Assembly (NCBI GenBank): GCA_041740355.1 | Contig: JBGSMD010000030.1 | Location: 1 to 64,000, forward strand | Length of the DNA: 64,000 nucleotides | Source of the DNA: Bdellovibrionota bacterium | GTDB lineage: Bacteria; Bdellovibrionota_C; UBA2361; CALJRW01 | Reading direction: 5' to 3' | Part shown: one piece after another, positions 38,197 to 48,235 of the stretch | How the letters are laid out: each line of letters opens with the position of its first letter | How positions within the stretch are numbered: position 1 is the first letter of the stretch | Position numbers and translations under genes: made by a program | Notes under the pieces: generated by a model | The model's input: the letters and a program-made list of their open reading frames with translations, nothing else | What the model was told of the DNA's origin: nothing | Databases searched by the model: none

Positions 38197-38343
38197 CATA
38201 GAAAGTCCAAAAAGTAATTTACGTAAGGAAATTACTTTTTGGTGCTTTCTATCCCCCGGAGGGATAATAAAATTATATAGTTATGACAAAAAACAACTCA
38301 ATCTATTTGATTTTTACGTAATTTATTTTTTGTCATCACTATA
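38197..38343. repeat. MITE-like family A, copy 3
   Basis: Same as copies 1 and 2. Right end is TTTTTTGTCATCACTATA, like family B. Confidence 0.9.
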
Positions 38344-38393
38344 ATAGGATTCTCGCTATCAATTATAACTTATTGGGAAGATAACTTTTAAGT

Positions 38394-38780
38394 TTATTGT
38401 AGTAGATCTTCTTCTTTATCCCAAATTGAATTTTTCTTTTTCTTACGGGTGGGAACTTTTAATTTAATAGTCGGTGGAAGTTTCTGTTCCAACTTGTTAA
38501 AGAAGATTTTTTCCAATCGTTTTAACAAATTAGCAAGCATGTTCATAAACTTATCAAAAGGACTATCTGTTGATTTAGAAATGATCAGACCTTTTATTGG
38601 CGTTTCTCGTTTGGGAACATAACTACTTGCCAGCGGGTTTGGGGCTGCGGCGTGGCTAGGTTGAGATTTGTTGGTGACTGAAGTTAAGTTAATAGTATCC
38701 TGCTGTTGCTCAAATTGGCAATTCTCAAGGCTCACAATTTGTGTTTCGATTCGTGATTTATTTAACATTTCGATAAACAA
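38394..38780 (-). CDS. Hypothetical protein
   Basis: ~128-aa ORF co-directional with its neighbours; start uncertain. Confidence 0.55.
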   Translation of the reverse strand: MFIEMLNKSRIETQIVSLENCQFEQQQDTINLTSVTNKSQPSHAAAPNPLASSYVPKRETPIKGLIISKSTDSPFDKFMNMLANLLKRLEKIFFNKLEQKLPPTIKLKVPTRKKKKNSIWDKEEDLLQ

Positions 38781-38832
38781 ACTACCAAAATTTCATTTTT
38801 TAAGCTACCCAAGTGTTATGATCTAGAATTGC

Positions 38833-39285
38833 TTATTCGTTACCTAGATTTTCAATTTGAGGAGTTTTTGTAACTCCAACTCCATGTTTAAAGACTAAAT
38901 TGCCACCCAAATTGCTAGTGTAAGCTATTAAGATAAATTGAAAGAGACAAAAAAAGTAATATAAATATTGAAAAACTCGCTGTTCGAATCTTAAATACCT
39001 AAATAATATCAAAGGGATATAGGTAAAGAGGATCAGCTTGGCGAATGAGTAGTGATTGGCAATTAAATCTTCTGGGAGAGCTCCACCCAACGCAGCCAGA
39101 TTGCTACTGGCAATAAGTCCTGAGAGAAATGCTAAAAGGCTGAAAATAAAACCAAAAATAAGTACAATATAATTAAATTGCAACCAGATTTGCTTTTTTG
39201 CATATAAATAAAGCAAATCAGAGAAAACAGCTAGAGAGATCAGGACGATTGGAAAAGAAGTTAATAGCGGATGAAAGTCGTACAT
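38833..39285 (-). CDS. DUF2231-like membrane protein
   Basis: HP....FPI, SG, H and LGGNLVF.HGVGV motifs; about four TM helices. Confidence 0.75.
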   Translation of the reverse strand: MYDFHPLLTSFPIVLISLAVFSDLLYLYAKKQIWLQFNYIVLIFGFIFSLLAFLSGLIASSNLAALGGALPEDLIANHYSFAKLILFTYIPLILFRYLRFEQRVFQYLYYFFCLFQFILIAYTSNLGGNLVFKHGVGVTKTPQIENLGNE

Positions 39286-39287
39286 AG

Positions 39288-39875
39288 TTAATTAAGTTTA
39301 TGTCCAGTTTGCCATACAGGTTCAGGTAAGTTTAATACTTTAGTAACATATCTGGATGTAACGAAGAAGTAGTCAGATAATCTGTTAAAAAATTTCAGTA
39401 AGTTTAAGTCAAGTGGTTCAGTTTGATTTAAATTCCAAAGTTTTTGCTCAAGAATTCGACATTGAACTCTGGTGCGATGCACTTGAGTTAGGAGTAAATT
39501 CCCTTGGGGCAGAACGAAATTTATGAGCGGGGCTAAGCCTTGATTCAAATCATCAATCCAAGTTTCAAGCAATACAATCTCCGATTCCGAGGGGACTAAC
39601 TCAGTTGATTTAGGGGTTAAGGCAATTACTGCACCTTGATCAAATAATCGGTTTAATAAACTTAGCATGTGTTGGCCAATCTTTTGACCGAGCTGCTTCT
39701 CCGCGGTGATCATAAAACTAGTTGACCCAAGTTCAAGCATTAAACTATCTAAACAGGCCAAAACCTCTATTCGCTCATTGGATTTTTCAGTGATTTGTCC
39801 GTTTGCTAAATAAGTTTGTCCAAGATCTCCATTCTTTGTGTAGACCTTATGAATTTTTACCATAAAAAACTCCAT
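39288..39875 (-). CDS. PduO-type corrinoid adenosyltransferase
   Basis: KVYTKNGD.G.T, FVLP.G, R..CR..E and NRLSDYFF. Confidence 0.8.
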   Translation of the reverse strand: MEFFMVKIHKVYTKNGDLGQTYLANGQITEKSNERIEVLACLDSLMLELGSTSFMITAEKQLGQKIGQHMLSLLNRLFDQGAVIALTPKSTELVPSESEIVLLETWIDDLNQGLAPLINFVLPQGNLLLTQVHRTRVQCRILEQKLWNLNQTEPLDLNLLKFFNRLSDYFFVTSRYVTKVLNLPEPVWQTGHKLN

Positions 39876-40132
39876 AGATTGAGGTAACTAATTAATGTCT
39901 TATTTATAGACATTGTTTTTATCTGAGTATTGAAAAATTAAACATTGTTTTAAATAAAAATCAAAAAGTTAAAAATTTAACTAATAATTTCAAATAGTTG
40001 TATACTGTTAAAGATTGGCACACTTTTTGGTAACTTATTACACCTAAACTGAATCATATCTAATGAAATAAATAGTTTAGTTTATTTATTAAGCAGACGA
40101 TGGGATTAGTTGTTAATAGTTAAATTAACGTA

Positions 40133-41131
40133 ATGAATATTAGTATGTTAGATAGCGAAAGTCTAAATAAATTTGAAAATAAGTTTGAGCAACCTCAAAT
40201 ACTTAGCGATGAATTCTTTCAGCCTGCGGCCATAACTGACCCAGGTTGCGAACGAGAACTCAATGAGGACCGTTATGCAGTGATTGAATCAGCTTCAGGC
40301 TTAGTTTGGGTAGTTTGTGATGGCATGGGTGGAGTTAAGGGTGGTGAGCTTGCCGCACAACTGGTAATCGATTCTGTTAAAAGAACATTAGATTCTGACG
40401 TACAGTTAAAACCGGAAGACGCTTTAAGGGAAGCATTTGCTGAAGCTAATCGTATTGTAGTGTTGCGCAGGCAAAACCAAGCCTTTTCACAAATGGGAAC
40501 TACCGCGGTAGGAGCAATTTTTCAAGATCGTCAAGTAACAATTGTTAACATTGGTGATTCACGAGCATATCTAATTAGCGATGGTCGAATTAAACAGCTT
40601 ACCGAAGATCATACTTATGTTCAGCAATTAGTTAAGTCTGGACAGTTGCGAGAAGAAGAAGCTTTGGAACATCCCCAAGCTCACGTCTTAACTAGAGCAG
40701 TAGGATCAGATCCAACTTTAAATGTTGAATTACATAATTACTGGATTTGGGATGTAGAATCACCGAGTGATCAAGATTACTTACTTTTTTGTACTGATGG
40801 TTTGTACAGTATGATTACAGATCAAGAGATTCTTGATCTAGCTTTAAAATTTCCTCCTCAAATTAGCTGTAGTCAAATGGTTGAATTAGCTAAAGAGCGC
40901 GGAGGATATGATAATATCACTGTAGCAGTAGTGCCACTCGTGGGTAAGCTAAGAAAAGCGCCACCTGCAGGATATGTCTTACCTCAGGTAAAGAAAGAAG
41001 TGGATAAGAAGAGTATGAGTATAGAAGCTTTGAAACCTTTTATTCTTAAGAATTTTTTAATGATAGTTGGACTAAGCTTAATCGCTTTGATTATCGCAGT
41101 AGTCTTGATTTTATTAGCATTAACTAGGTAA
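40133..41131 (+). CDS. PP2C Ser/Thr phosphatase with C-terminal TM anchor
   Basis: NED, CDGMGG, MGTT, GDSRAY, DHT, TDGL and GGYDNIT. Confidence 0.95.
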   Translation: MNISMLDSESLNKFENKFEQPQILSDEFFQPAAITDPGCERELNEDRYAVIESASGLVWVVCDGMGGVKGGELAAQLVIDSVKRTLDSDVQLKPEDALREAFAEANRIVVLRRQNQAFSQMGTTAVGAIFQDRQVTIVNIGDSRAYLISDGRIKQLTEDHTYVQQLVKSGQLREEEALEHPQAHVLTRAVGSDPTLNVELHNYWIWDVESPSDQDYLLFCTDGLYSMITDQEILDLALKFPPQISCSQMVELAKERGGYDNITVAVVPLVGKLRKAPPAGYVLPQVKKEVDKKSMSIEALKPFILKNFLMIVGLSLIALIIAVVLILLALTR

Positions 41132-41136
41132 AAATA

Positions 41137-42159
41137 ATGAGTAAAGAAAATAATGATAAAGCTGCTCGCGCACGAAATAAGACGGTAATGCTGACTCCAG
41201 ATATTGCCAATCAGATGCGTTCTAGGTTAATGACAGGAACTCATCGCTCTGGAAGTACAGAAAAATTAGACACTGGTTTAATTAACCAAGTTCGCGAAAA
41301 TTTTGGTGCTCCCCAAACTCGGGAAAGAGATACTGAAGATAAGCAAACACAAATTATCGATTCAAGTAGGTTTATGAATCAATTGCCAGCAATTGAGGAG
41401 GAAACAGAATTAGAGGTGAATTTTTTGGATGCATTAAAGTCACGTGAGACACCGCGTTCGCCCGAAACTAGAAATGCACCTGTGGTTCAGATCGATAAGT
41501 TAGATTTTGATGTTGATGAGCCAGAAGTAATCTTAGCACCAGTTGAACAGCGCTCCATAATTGAAGAAGATTTTGTGGCACTAGAAAATTTGGATGATGA
41601 TTTCACCGAAGATTTAATGTCAGTAAAACAAACAAGAATTAGCCCAGAGCCGGAGTCTTATAGAATTGAGATTCCAGAAAATAATTTTGAAGAGGAGATA
41701 AAAATGAATCAGACAGTTGGAAGTTTAAATACAGATTTAAAACGCGGAATTCCTAGTAGCCCAGTGAAGCAAGCGGGAGTATCAGAATCGCAGTGTCTTA
41801 ACGGCGATATTATTAAGTGGGAAAAAGAAACACCGCTAGTCGGATTCCTGGTCTCATTTGATGGAAATCCTAAAGGGGACTTTGTGATTTTGCGTAATGG
41901 ACGTCTGATCGTTTCCGCGGATCAGTCAGACAAGGGTAATTTACTGGTGATTAATGATGAGTCTGTCTCTCCGATGCATGCTATAATCAGAGTATCAGAA
42001 TCAAGCATCGTTGTTCTGGATCAATTATCAGAGAATGGGACAAAGATTCAAAAAGCAGATGGCGCGACAATCGAATTATCAGGTGATAAAGCTAATTTAG
42101 AACACGGGGATACACTTTCATTTGGGGATCGAAATTATAAGGTCTGTGTTCTATTCTAG
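41137..42159 (+). CDS. FHA-domain protein with long acidic disordered N-terminus
   Basis: VGFLV...G, D.SVS..HA, D..S.NGT and L..GD...FG. The canonical GR appears to be replaced. Confidence 0.8.
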   Translation: MSKENNDKAARARNKTVMLTPDIANQMRSRLMTGTHRSGSTEKLDTGLINQVRENFGAPQTRERDTEDKQTQIIDSSRFMNQLPAIEEETELEVNFLDALKSRETPRSPETRNAPVVQIDKLDFDVDEPEVILAPVEQRSIIEEDFVALENLDDDFTEDLMSVKQTRISPEPESYRIEIPENNFEEEIKMNQTVGSLNTDLKRGIPSSPVKQAGVSESQCLNGDIIKWEKETPLVGFLVSFDGNPKGDFVILRNGRLIVSADQSDKGNLLVINDESVSPMHAIIRVSESSIVVLDQLSENGTKIQKADGATIELSGDKANLEHGDTLSFGDRNYKVCVLF

Positions 42160-42378
42160 TCTGCAGAATTAGTTTGAGCTGTTTTTGGTAGAAGATGTCG
42201 ATCTGTAAACAGTCACATGATATTTAAAGGTTTCCTGAATGCAATTTGTTATTCACAAGTTATCGTCAAAAAACAGCGATATTGATCTTGGTGAAATTGC
42301 TAACTTCAAGTACTTTTAGATATCATGGCAACAAGTAAATTCTTTTTAGAGTGGTACTTGTTTTACCATCAGATTATA

Positions 42379-42618
42379 CTCACAGCTTTTCATTTTTTGA
42401 TAAAAAATGAAAAGAAAGGAGAGCGAGCAAAATCCTGTCGCCTTGTCCGCCATAGCTTAGCGGAGGAGGAAGCGAAAGTGGAAGACAGGTGTTGCCGTAG
42501 AAAAAGCACCAAACTCTACGCAAATCTGCGGGGAGTATTGGTTTTGTCTTTTACTGCGTAATCTTGGCTTATGCCAAGATTACGCTCGCCCTCCGCAAAT
42601 TTCATCTGCGGAGGGTTT
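42379..42618 (-). repeat. Structured dispersed element family C, copy 2 (with ~45-bp hairpin insert)
   Basis: Reverse complement aligns with 13409-13602. Ends 9 bp before the kinase ATG. Confidence 0.88.
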
Positions 42619-42627
42619 ATATAAGTA

Positions 42628-44121
42628 ATGAACTTGACAGGAGAGCATACATTTAATTTACAACCAGGAGCGGTAATTGCTGGTCGCTTTGAAATACTAA
42701 AGGCTTTAGGGTCAGGTAGTATGGGATTGGTTTATGCCTGTCGTGATCGAGAATTCTCAGGGAGAATTTTAGCGGTTAAAGTTCTGTTTCCTGAAGTAGC
42801 CAACGATCAAGTTTCCATGGCCCGTTTTCGCAATGAAATTGTTGCCTCTTATAAAGTTTCCCACCCCAATGTAATTCGTTCGTTTGAGTTAGTTCGCGAT
42901 GACGATTTGATCGCCTACACAATGGAACATATTGATGGTGGCACGCTGCTAGAATTCATTAGCGCAGATAAACTAATTGATCTTAATTTTGCTATTAAGC
43001 TGATGATTCAAATGTGTGCAGGGGTTCAAGCAATTCATGATGCGGGTATTGTGCACCGTGATTTAAAACCAGAAAATATTCTCTTGACCAATGAAAACTC
43101 CGTTAAAATTGCCGACTTTGGTATAGCTCGAACGGCTCATGGGCCAAAGCTTACGGAACATGGTGGTGTTGTTGGTACTATTGATTATGTTAGTCCCGAA
43201 TACATCTTAGAATCCAAAGTAGATTGGAGGTCAGATATTTATGCCCTTGGAGTTCTAAGTTATGAGTTAGTTACTGGGCATGCTCCGTTTCGTGGCGATA
43301 GTGTATACAGTACGATGACTAAACGCTTAAATGAAGATCCAGCGCCTCCAAGTTCGATCCGAGCGGAATGTTCCCCTGAATTAGATCATATTATCTTAAA
43401 GGCATTAGCTCGAAAAATTGATGATCGCTATCAATCGGCAGCGATCATGGCTAGCGATCTGGTTAAAATTTACCGCGAAGATCATAATAGTCCGCTATCA
43501 ATTAATAGTACTGCTTTGGTTAATGCCGATCCCACTAAGTTTAAGGGGCCCATTTTGGATCAAGAAGCAGTCGAGGCATTAGCTCCTCCGCTCCCGGAGT
43601 TAAGTAGCGTGCCAGGGGATTCTGCAACTACTCCGAAAAGAACGCGTTCCCGAACTGATTCACATGTAAAAATTAATTTCCAACCCGTTAATAGTACTAA
43701 TGACTCTGATCGTAATACGTTGAATCAGCTTAATTTGGCTAAGACCGCAACAATTGAACCAGGAGTTATTGATATTGCAGCTTATTATCATAATCGAGTT
43801 AATGATAATTCCAAGATGGAAAGTGTGATTGATCGCTCTATGAATCGTAGTATGACAAGTCCCAATAATCTTTCGGAGTCAATTCAGATTAATACTGGAA
43901 GTATCAGTCAAGAAAGGCTTAGACAACTGAATAGAACGTCGTTTTCATCAAAGGTTAAAAATCAATTCCAGAGACTTATATTATTGTTCATTGCTTCTTT
44001 AGCAATTGTCTTAGGACTAGCTAGTGGTTATTATTTAATTAATTTTTTGTTTGGACCTGAAGATATTTTTCAAGTTTTGGAATCTTTAATACTTAGAATT
44101 ACTAAAATAGTTGGATTATGA
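42628..44121 (+). CDS. Hanks-type Ser/Thr kinase with C-terminal TM segment
   Basis: GSGSMG.V, AVK, HRDLKPEN, DFG, GT..Y.SPE and D.Y..G are all intact. Confidence 0.96.
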   Translation: MNLTGEHTFNLQPGAVIAGRFEILKALGSGSMGLVYACRDREFSGRILAVKVLFPEVANDQVSMARFRNEIVASYKVSHPNVIRSFELVRDDDLIAYTMEHIDGGTLLEFISADKLIDLNFAIKLMIQMCAGVQAIHDAGIVHRDLKPENILLTNENSVKIADFGIARTAHGPKLTEHGGVVGTIDYVSPEYILESKVDWRSDIYALGVLSYELVTGHAPFRGDSVYSTMTKRLNEDPAPPSSIRAECSPELDHIILKALARKIDDRYQSAAIMASDLVKIYREDHNSPLSINSTALVNADPTKFKGPILDQEAVEALAPPLPELSSVPGDSATTPKRTRSRTDSHVKINFQPVNSTNDSDRNTLNQLNLAKTATIEPGVIDIAAYYHNRVNDNSKMESVIDRSMNRSMTSPNNLSESIQINTGSISQERLRQLNRTSFSSKVKNQFQRLILLFIASLAIVLGLASGYYLINFLFGPEDIFQVLESLILRITKIVGL

Positions 44122-45275
44122 AATTATTAATTATCGATATTTCTGCTGAAGCACAGGCTAAGTGTGCCAAAAGAATTGAGACCTTTCACCGCAGTGATAT
44201 GGAAAGCCTTGATTTGCAAGTTCAACTAGTTGGCCCTGCTGATTATATTTCTCGTGTAAATGAAGTAGATGTTTTAGTTTTAGGCGCAGGGCTTGGAGAA
44301 AAAGCAATTAATATTGCCCGTCAAGCTACTTCGATGGTGCCATGGCTGCATGTAATCATGTTCGTCAATGAAACAGCGTATGGGGGAGGAGCTTTTCGGG
44401 CAGCCCATTCTGCTGGAGTTCGAAAAGTGTTTCCAGATAATGCTACCCCCCTAGATTTCTTGCAAGAACTGGTGGCAATACATGCCGAATTTAGACGTTC
44501 AGGTAGAACTCGAGATGGAATCGTTATTGCGGTAACGCATGCCAAGGGTGGCGTGGGAGCGACTACTATGGCAGCAGGTTTAGCCGAAGTTTGTTCTGCC
44601 TTTCGTCGTCGAACAATGATCTGGGATTTAGATGTTGAAACTAGAGATTTAAGTCGGGGCTTAACTGTGAATGGAGCAGAAGCAAAAGTGGTTAGTGCTT
44701 GGGTTAATGGTAGTCGTGAGGTTACTAGAGAATCATTAAATGATGCCTTAATTCCAATAAGCAGTGACGTTTCAGTTTTGATGCCACCGGATCGCATGGC
44801 GGAATCAATGGATTTAGTATGCCATACAGATAGTATTAACTTAGTACAGCGAGTCATGGAATTAGCTCGAGTATTATTTGAAGTTGTGATTGTAGATACT
44901 GCCGGTCGAATGGGTCCGGCAACTGGAGCTGTCCTTAGAAATGCAGATATAGTTTTAACAGTAATTGATGACACAGTGTTAGGTTTAACAGCAGTAGATT
45001 TGTATCTGAGCTATATTAAAACCTTGGTTGCAGATATCAATCGAGTGAGATTTTTACTTAATCCATATTCCGGTGCCTTGTTGGATATGAATCAAATAGT
45101 TTTAGCTTTGAATGAGCACAACTTACCAGATAAAGCCTGGAGCTTGCCGCCAGTTCCGAATGATCCGAAAGGCTCAGTGTGGCCAGGAACAGGTCGGACA
45201 ATTTATAGTATGGGACAAAAAGATACTCGCAACACTTTAGAGGCTATCGCCACTGAGTTAGGGTTGATTAATTAA
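44118..45275 (+). CDS. cpaE: CpaE/TadZ-like pseudo-receiver plus MinD-type ATPase
   Basis: N-terminal receiver-like fold lacking the phosphoacceptor Asp; KGGVGATT, DLD and IVDT. ATGA overlap with the kinase. Confidence 0.8.
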   Translation: MKLLIIDISAEAQAKCAKRIETFHRSDMESLDLQVQLVGPADYISRVNEVDVLVLGAGLGEKAINIARQATSMVPWLHVIMFVNETAYGGGAFRAAHSAGVRKVFPDNATPLDFLQELVAIHAEFRRSGRTRDGIVIAVTHAKGGVGATTMAAGLAEVCSAFRRRTMIWDLDVETRDLSRGLTVNGAEAKVVSAWVNGSREVTRESLNDALIPISSDVSVLMPPDRMAESMDLVCHTDSINLVQRVMELARVLFEVVIVDTAGRMGPATGAVLRNADIVLTVIDDTVLGLTAVDLYLSYIKTLVADINRVRFLLNPYSGALLDMNQIVLALNEHNLPDKAWSLPPVPNDPKGSVWPGTGRTIYSMGQKDTRNTLEAIATELGLIN

Positions 45276-45295
45276 CAGTATTTAAGGAATGATTT

Positions 45296-46183
45296 ATGTC
45301 TAGACATTTTGGTGGAGTTCCAAGTAAACGTGGACCTGATCAGCGAACATTAATAATTGTTGTAGCTAGTTTCTTTATGATCATTCTGATGGTTTTAGCT
45401 GTAATGCTAATAAAGAAAGGTGGAAATGATAATTCGGTTCAAGTTACAACAGATAATACTGATATTAACTTAGCAAATGTTTTGGTACCAATTCGACGAA
45501 TTGAAGTAGGTGAAAAACTATCGCCAGATATGTTTAGAATTGAGCTACGATCACGTTTCGGGTTATCGGAGGGAGTTATCGGTGATATGGCCTCAATTGA
45601 AGGATTCTATTCACGATCACTAATCTTACCTGAACAGCCATTGTATCGAGATTACTTAACTCAATATGGAAGTAATAATCCAATCGTTCAAGAAATTCCT
45701 GCAGGTTTCCGAGCTGTTTCTATCCGTGTGGATGATACTTCCAGCGTTGAGGGTTGGATTAGAAAAGGTTCGATTGTTGATGTGCAATTAGTTACTAAAG
45801 TTAATGCCCAAGATATCTTAAAAGTAATCGTGGAAAAAGCAAAAGTACTATCTGCTGAAAGAACGGTAGTAGCTAATACTCAACAAACTGTGGATAAGGT
45901 TCCAACCACAGTAACTTTATTAGTTAATTCAGATGACGCCAATAAAATAACTTTGGCCTCAATGAATGGACGCTTAAACTTAGTTTTGCGTAATCCTGAT
46001 GATGATATTCAAAACCCTGCATCTTCAATCGACATGCCAAATGTTATGAATTTGCAACGTAATCTTCCACAAATTGAAGCTAAGCGAAGTTGCCCGGGTC
46101 GTTTAGTTGTTGGTGGAGAAACTAGATGCATCTGTGCTAACGGCGACATGATTGAAGCAGATGAAAATGGCAAGTGTAGCTAG
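45296..46183 (+). CDS. cpaB: Flp pilus assembly protein CpaB/RcpC
   Basis: TM anchor and SAF domain; IPAGFRAVSIRVD..SSV.G.I..G..VDV, TVTLLV and L.LVLR. Confidence 0.92.
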   Translation: MSRHFGGVPSKRGPDQRTLIIVVASFFMIILMVLAVMLIKKGGNDNSVQVTTDNTDINLANVLVPIRRIEVGEKLSPDMFRIELRSRFGLSEGVIGDMASIEGFYSRSLILPEQPLYRDYLTQYGSNNPIVQEIPAGFRAVSIRVDDTSSVEGWIRKGSIVDVQLVTKVNAQDILKVIVEKAKVLSAERTVVANTQQTVDKVPTTVTLLVNSDDANKITLASMNGRLNLVLRNPDDDIQNPASSIDMPNVMNLQRNLPQIEAKRSCPGRLVVGGETRCICANGDMIEADENGKCS

Positions 46184-46194
46184 AGTTTCAAGTA

Positions 46195-46228
46195 TCTTGG
46201 AGACTTTAATTAATTAAAGTCTCCAAGA
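46195..46228. repeat. Perfect 34-bp palindrome between cpaB and cpaF
   Basis: TCTTGGAGACTTTAATT|AATTAAAGTCTCCAAGA. Confidence 0.9.
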
Positions 46229-46252
46229 ATAATTTTATGAGTTAATTATAAG

Positions 46253-47770
46253 ATGTCAGATAAAGACAACGACTTAAGCGGATTATTCTCAACTAGAAGT
46301 AGCCGTGCTAGGTTAACAACTGATGGAAAAGGAGCTGAGCATACTAGTGGAGGTTCCTCTTCTTCGTCGGAAGTGGCAACACCTTCTACTAATCCAACTG
46401 GCAACAATAACAATCGCCGTGATACACAAAAACTGAGTGGTCAACTTGGTGCCCGAGTGGGTTCAAGTGGAGCGATGAGATCGTCTAGCTTATCTACGCT
46501 AGGAAATACAATCCTGAAGGAAGTCCGTCGAGAATTAGGAAATGAATTCAACATTTCCGATGAGCAAGGTTCTGATGTTAGTGAAGCTAATATCACTCGA
46601 GCTGTTGATCGTGTTTTGAAAAAACGTTCTGAGTCATTAGATGATTTAGAAAAAGCAAATATTATTATCCATCTTCAAAAAGATTTATTAGGATGGGGGG
46701 TTTTACAACCATTAATTGATAATGTGGAAGTTACAGATATTCACGTCTATGATTATCGTACAGTAGTTTTACAAAGAGGTAAAAACAGTGAAATTACCGG
46801 AATTAACTGGCCAAATCATCAGGCTTATGTTTCTTTTATTGATCGAGTTTTATTAAGACTTGGTAAGTCCTTATCTACTGCGCAACATACTATTGATGCC
46901 TCATTTGTAAATGGAATACGTATTTGTGCAGTTCATGAAAGTGTTTGTGGTGCAAAAGGACCTTACCTGTGTATTCGTGTTCCAAGGATTGTCGATGCTA
47001 CTCTTGATAGTATTGTTACTTATCAAGTTGCCCCTCCAATAATCGTGGATTATTTAGCTTCCTTAACTCGTTCGGGACTTTGCACGATCATGCTAGCAGG
47101 TGAGACTGGTACTGGTAAGACAACACTAATGCGTTGCTTGGCATCTCAGTTTGGACCAGATGAAGCAATTGTCAGTGTAGAAGATACTCCGGAATTAAAC
47201 TTAGTTCACCCATTTTATCGTTGTTTAGTTTCTCGTGCTCCAAACTCGGAAGGTATTGGGGAGGTTACTTTGCAAGAACACATTAAAACAACTCTAAGGA
47301 TGACACCGACTAGAGTTCTCTTAGGGGAGATGCGTACTCCCTTAGCCGCCGAAGCCTTCTTAGAATCTGCTCAGACTGGTCACGTAGGAATGTCCACAAT
47401 CCACGCACGTAATGCCAAGGAAACATTAGTTCGATTAGAAAGCTTATTGGGACGGGCCCAGAAATCAGTTTCTGTAGATATTATTAGGCAGCAAATTGCC
47501 TTAGCTGTAGATTTAGTTATTTGGTTAGTTCGCGAAAAAGGTAGTGGTAAACCTAGGATCGCCGAAGTTGTTGAAATCGGTCATTATGTGGAAGGACAGA
47601 TTCAAGTTAGGCCAATGTTTACTTTAATCAAACCTGGTCAACAGCCTGTTTGGAGAGTTGAATCTTGGGCCAGTAACTTTGAGGAAGTATTAGCGGATGA
47701 TAATATTTTCTTAGGTAATTTACCAACTGAAGTTACTCTAAATACCGCCGGCTCTGGTGGACTTCGTTAG
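46253..47770 (+). CDS. cpaF: Tad secretion ATPase CpaF/TadA with Ser/Thr-rich N-terminal extension
   Basis: G.G.LQPL..N..VTDI, GETGTGKTT, EDTPEL, LRM.P.R...GE.R and TGH..MSTIHA. Confidence 0.95.
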   Translation: MSDKDNDLSGLFSTRSSRARLTTDGKGAEHTSGGSSSSSEVATPSTNPTGNNNNRRDTQKLSGQLGARVGSSGAMRSSSLSTLGNTILKEVRRELGNEFNISDEQGSDVSEANITRAVDRVLKKRSESLDDLEKANIIIHLQKDLLGWGVLQPLIDNVEVTDIHVYDYRTVVLQRGKNSEITGINWPNHQAYVSFIDRVLLRLGKSLSTAQHTIDASFVNGIRICAVHESVCGAKGPYLCIRVPRIVDATLDSIVTYQVAPPIIVDYLASLTRSGLCTIMLAGETGTGKTTLMRCLASQFGPDEAIVSVEDTPELNLVHPFYRCLVSRAPNSEGIGEVTLQEHIKTTLRMTPTRVLLGEMRTPLAAEAFLESAQTGHVGMSTIHARNAKETLVRLESLLGRAQKSVSVDIIRQQIALAVDLVIWLVREKGSGKPRIAEVVEIGHYVEGQIQVRPMFTLIKPGQQPVWRVESWASNFEEVLADDNIFLGNLPTEVTLNTAGSGGLR

Positions 47771-48235
47771 CTATAACTTTAAATTTCAGTTCATTTGGTG
47801 ACTAACTTTACAAGCTAAGTTTCCTTGGGAGATCAATTTTTCTATAAAGAAAAATTCTTCTATTCGATTGTAGCTCCTAAAGAATTGAAACTAAAGGTTA
47901 TTCCCATTCATCTTATTTAATTTTATACTGTATAAATAGTAATTGCCTGAAGTCTTTTTCAAAAAAGTTTTTTGAGAATCTTTGTGGAGTTACTATTTTA
48001 GATTGTATTTAAAATCATTGACTTGATTCTCAAGCGCGAATTGCTTGAGGGTGAGCAAAGGGTCTTTCAAACTTGGATTTTTCTCTTTTGTAGTAAAGCT
48101 AAGGTAGAAATAAAGATTGATCAGCCCAAGTCCTAAAAGGTAATTTTAAAAACTTAGCATCTTATTGCTAGGTGTAATGATTAGCTTTATCAAAGCTCAA
48201 ATTAAAGTTTTGTGTCTTAATTAATATTTTCCGAA

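Noticed and set aside
42325-42561. 78-aa ORF between the FHA and kinase genes
   Set aside because: Mostly the family C element; copy 1 differs by indels, so no conserved coding frame is evident.
47771-48235. Hidden Flp pilin gene in the cpaF-tadB gap
   Set aside because: The only plus-strand ATG gives 15 codons, and no G/xxxxEY prepilin motif was seen.
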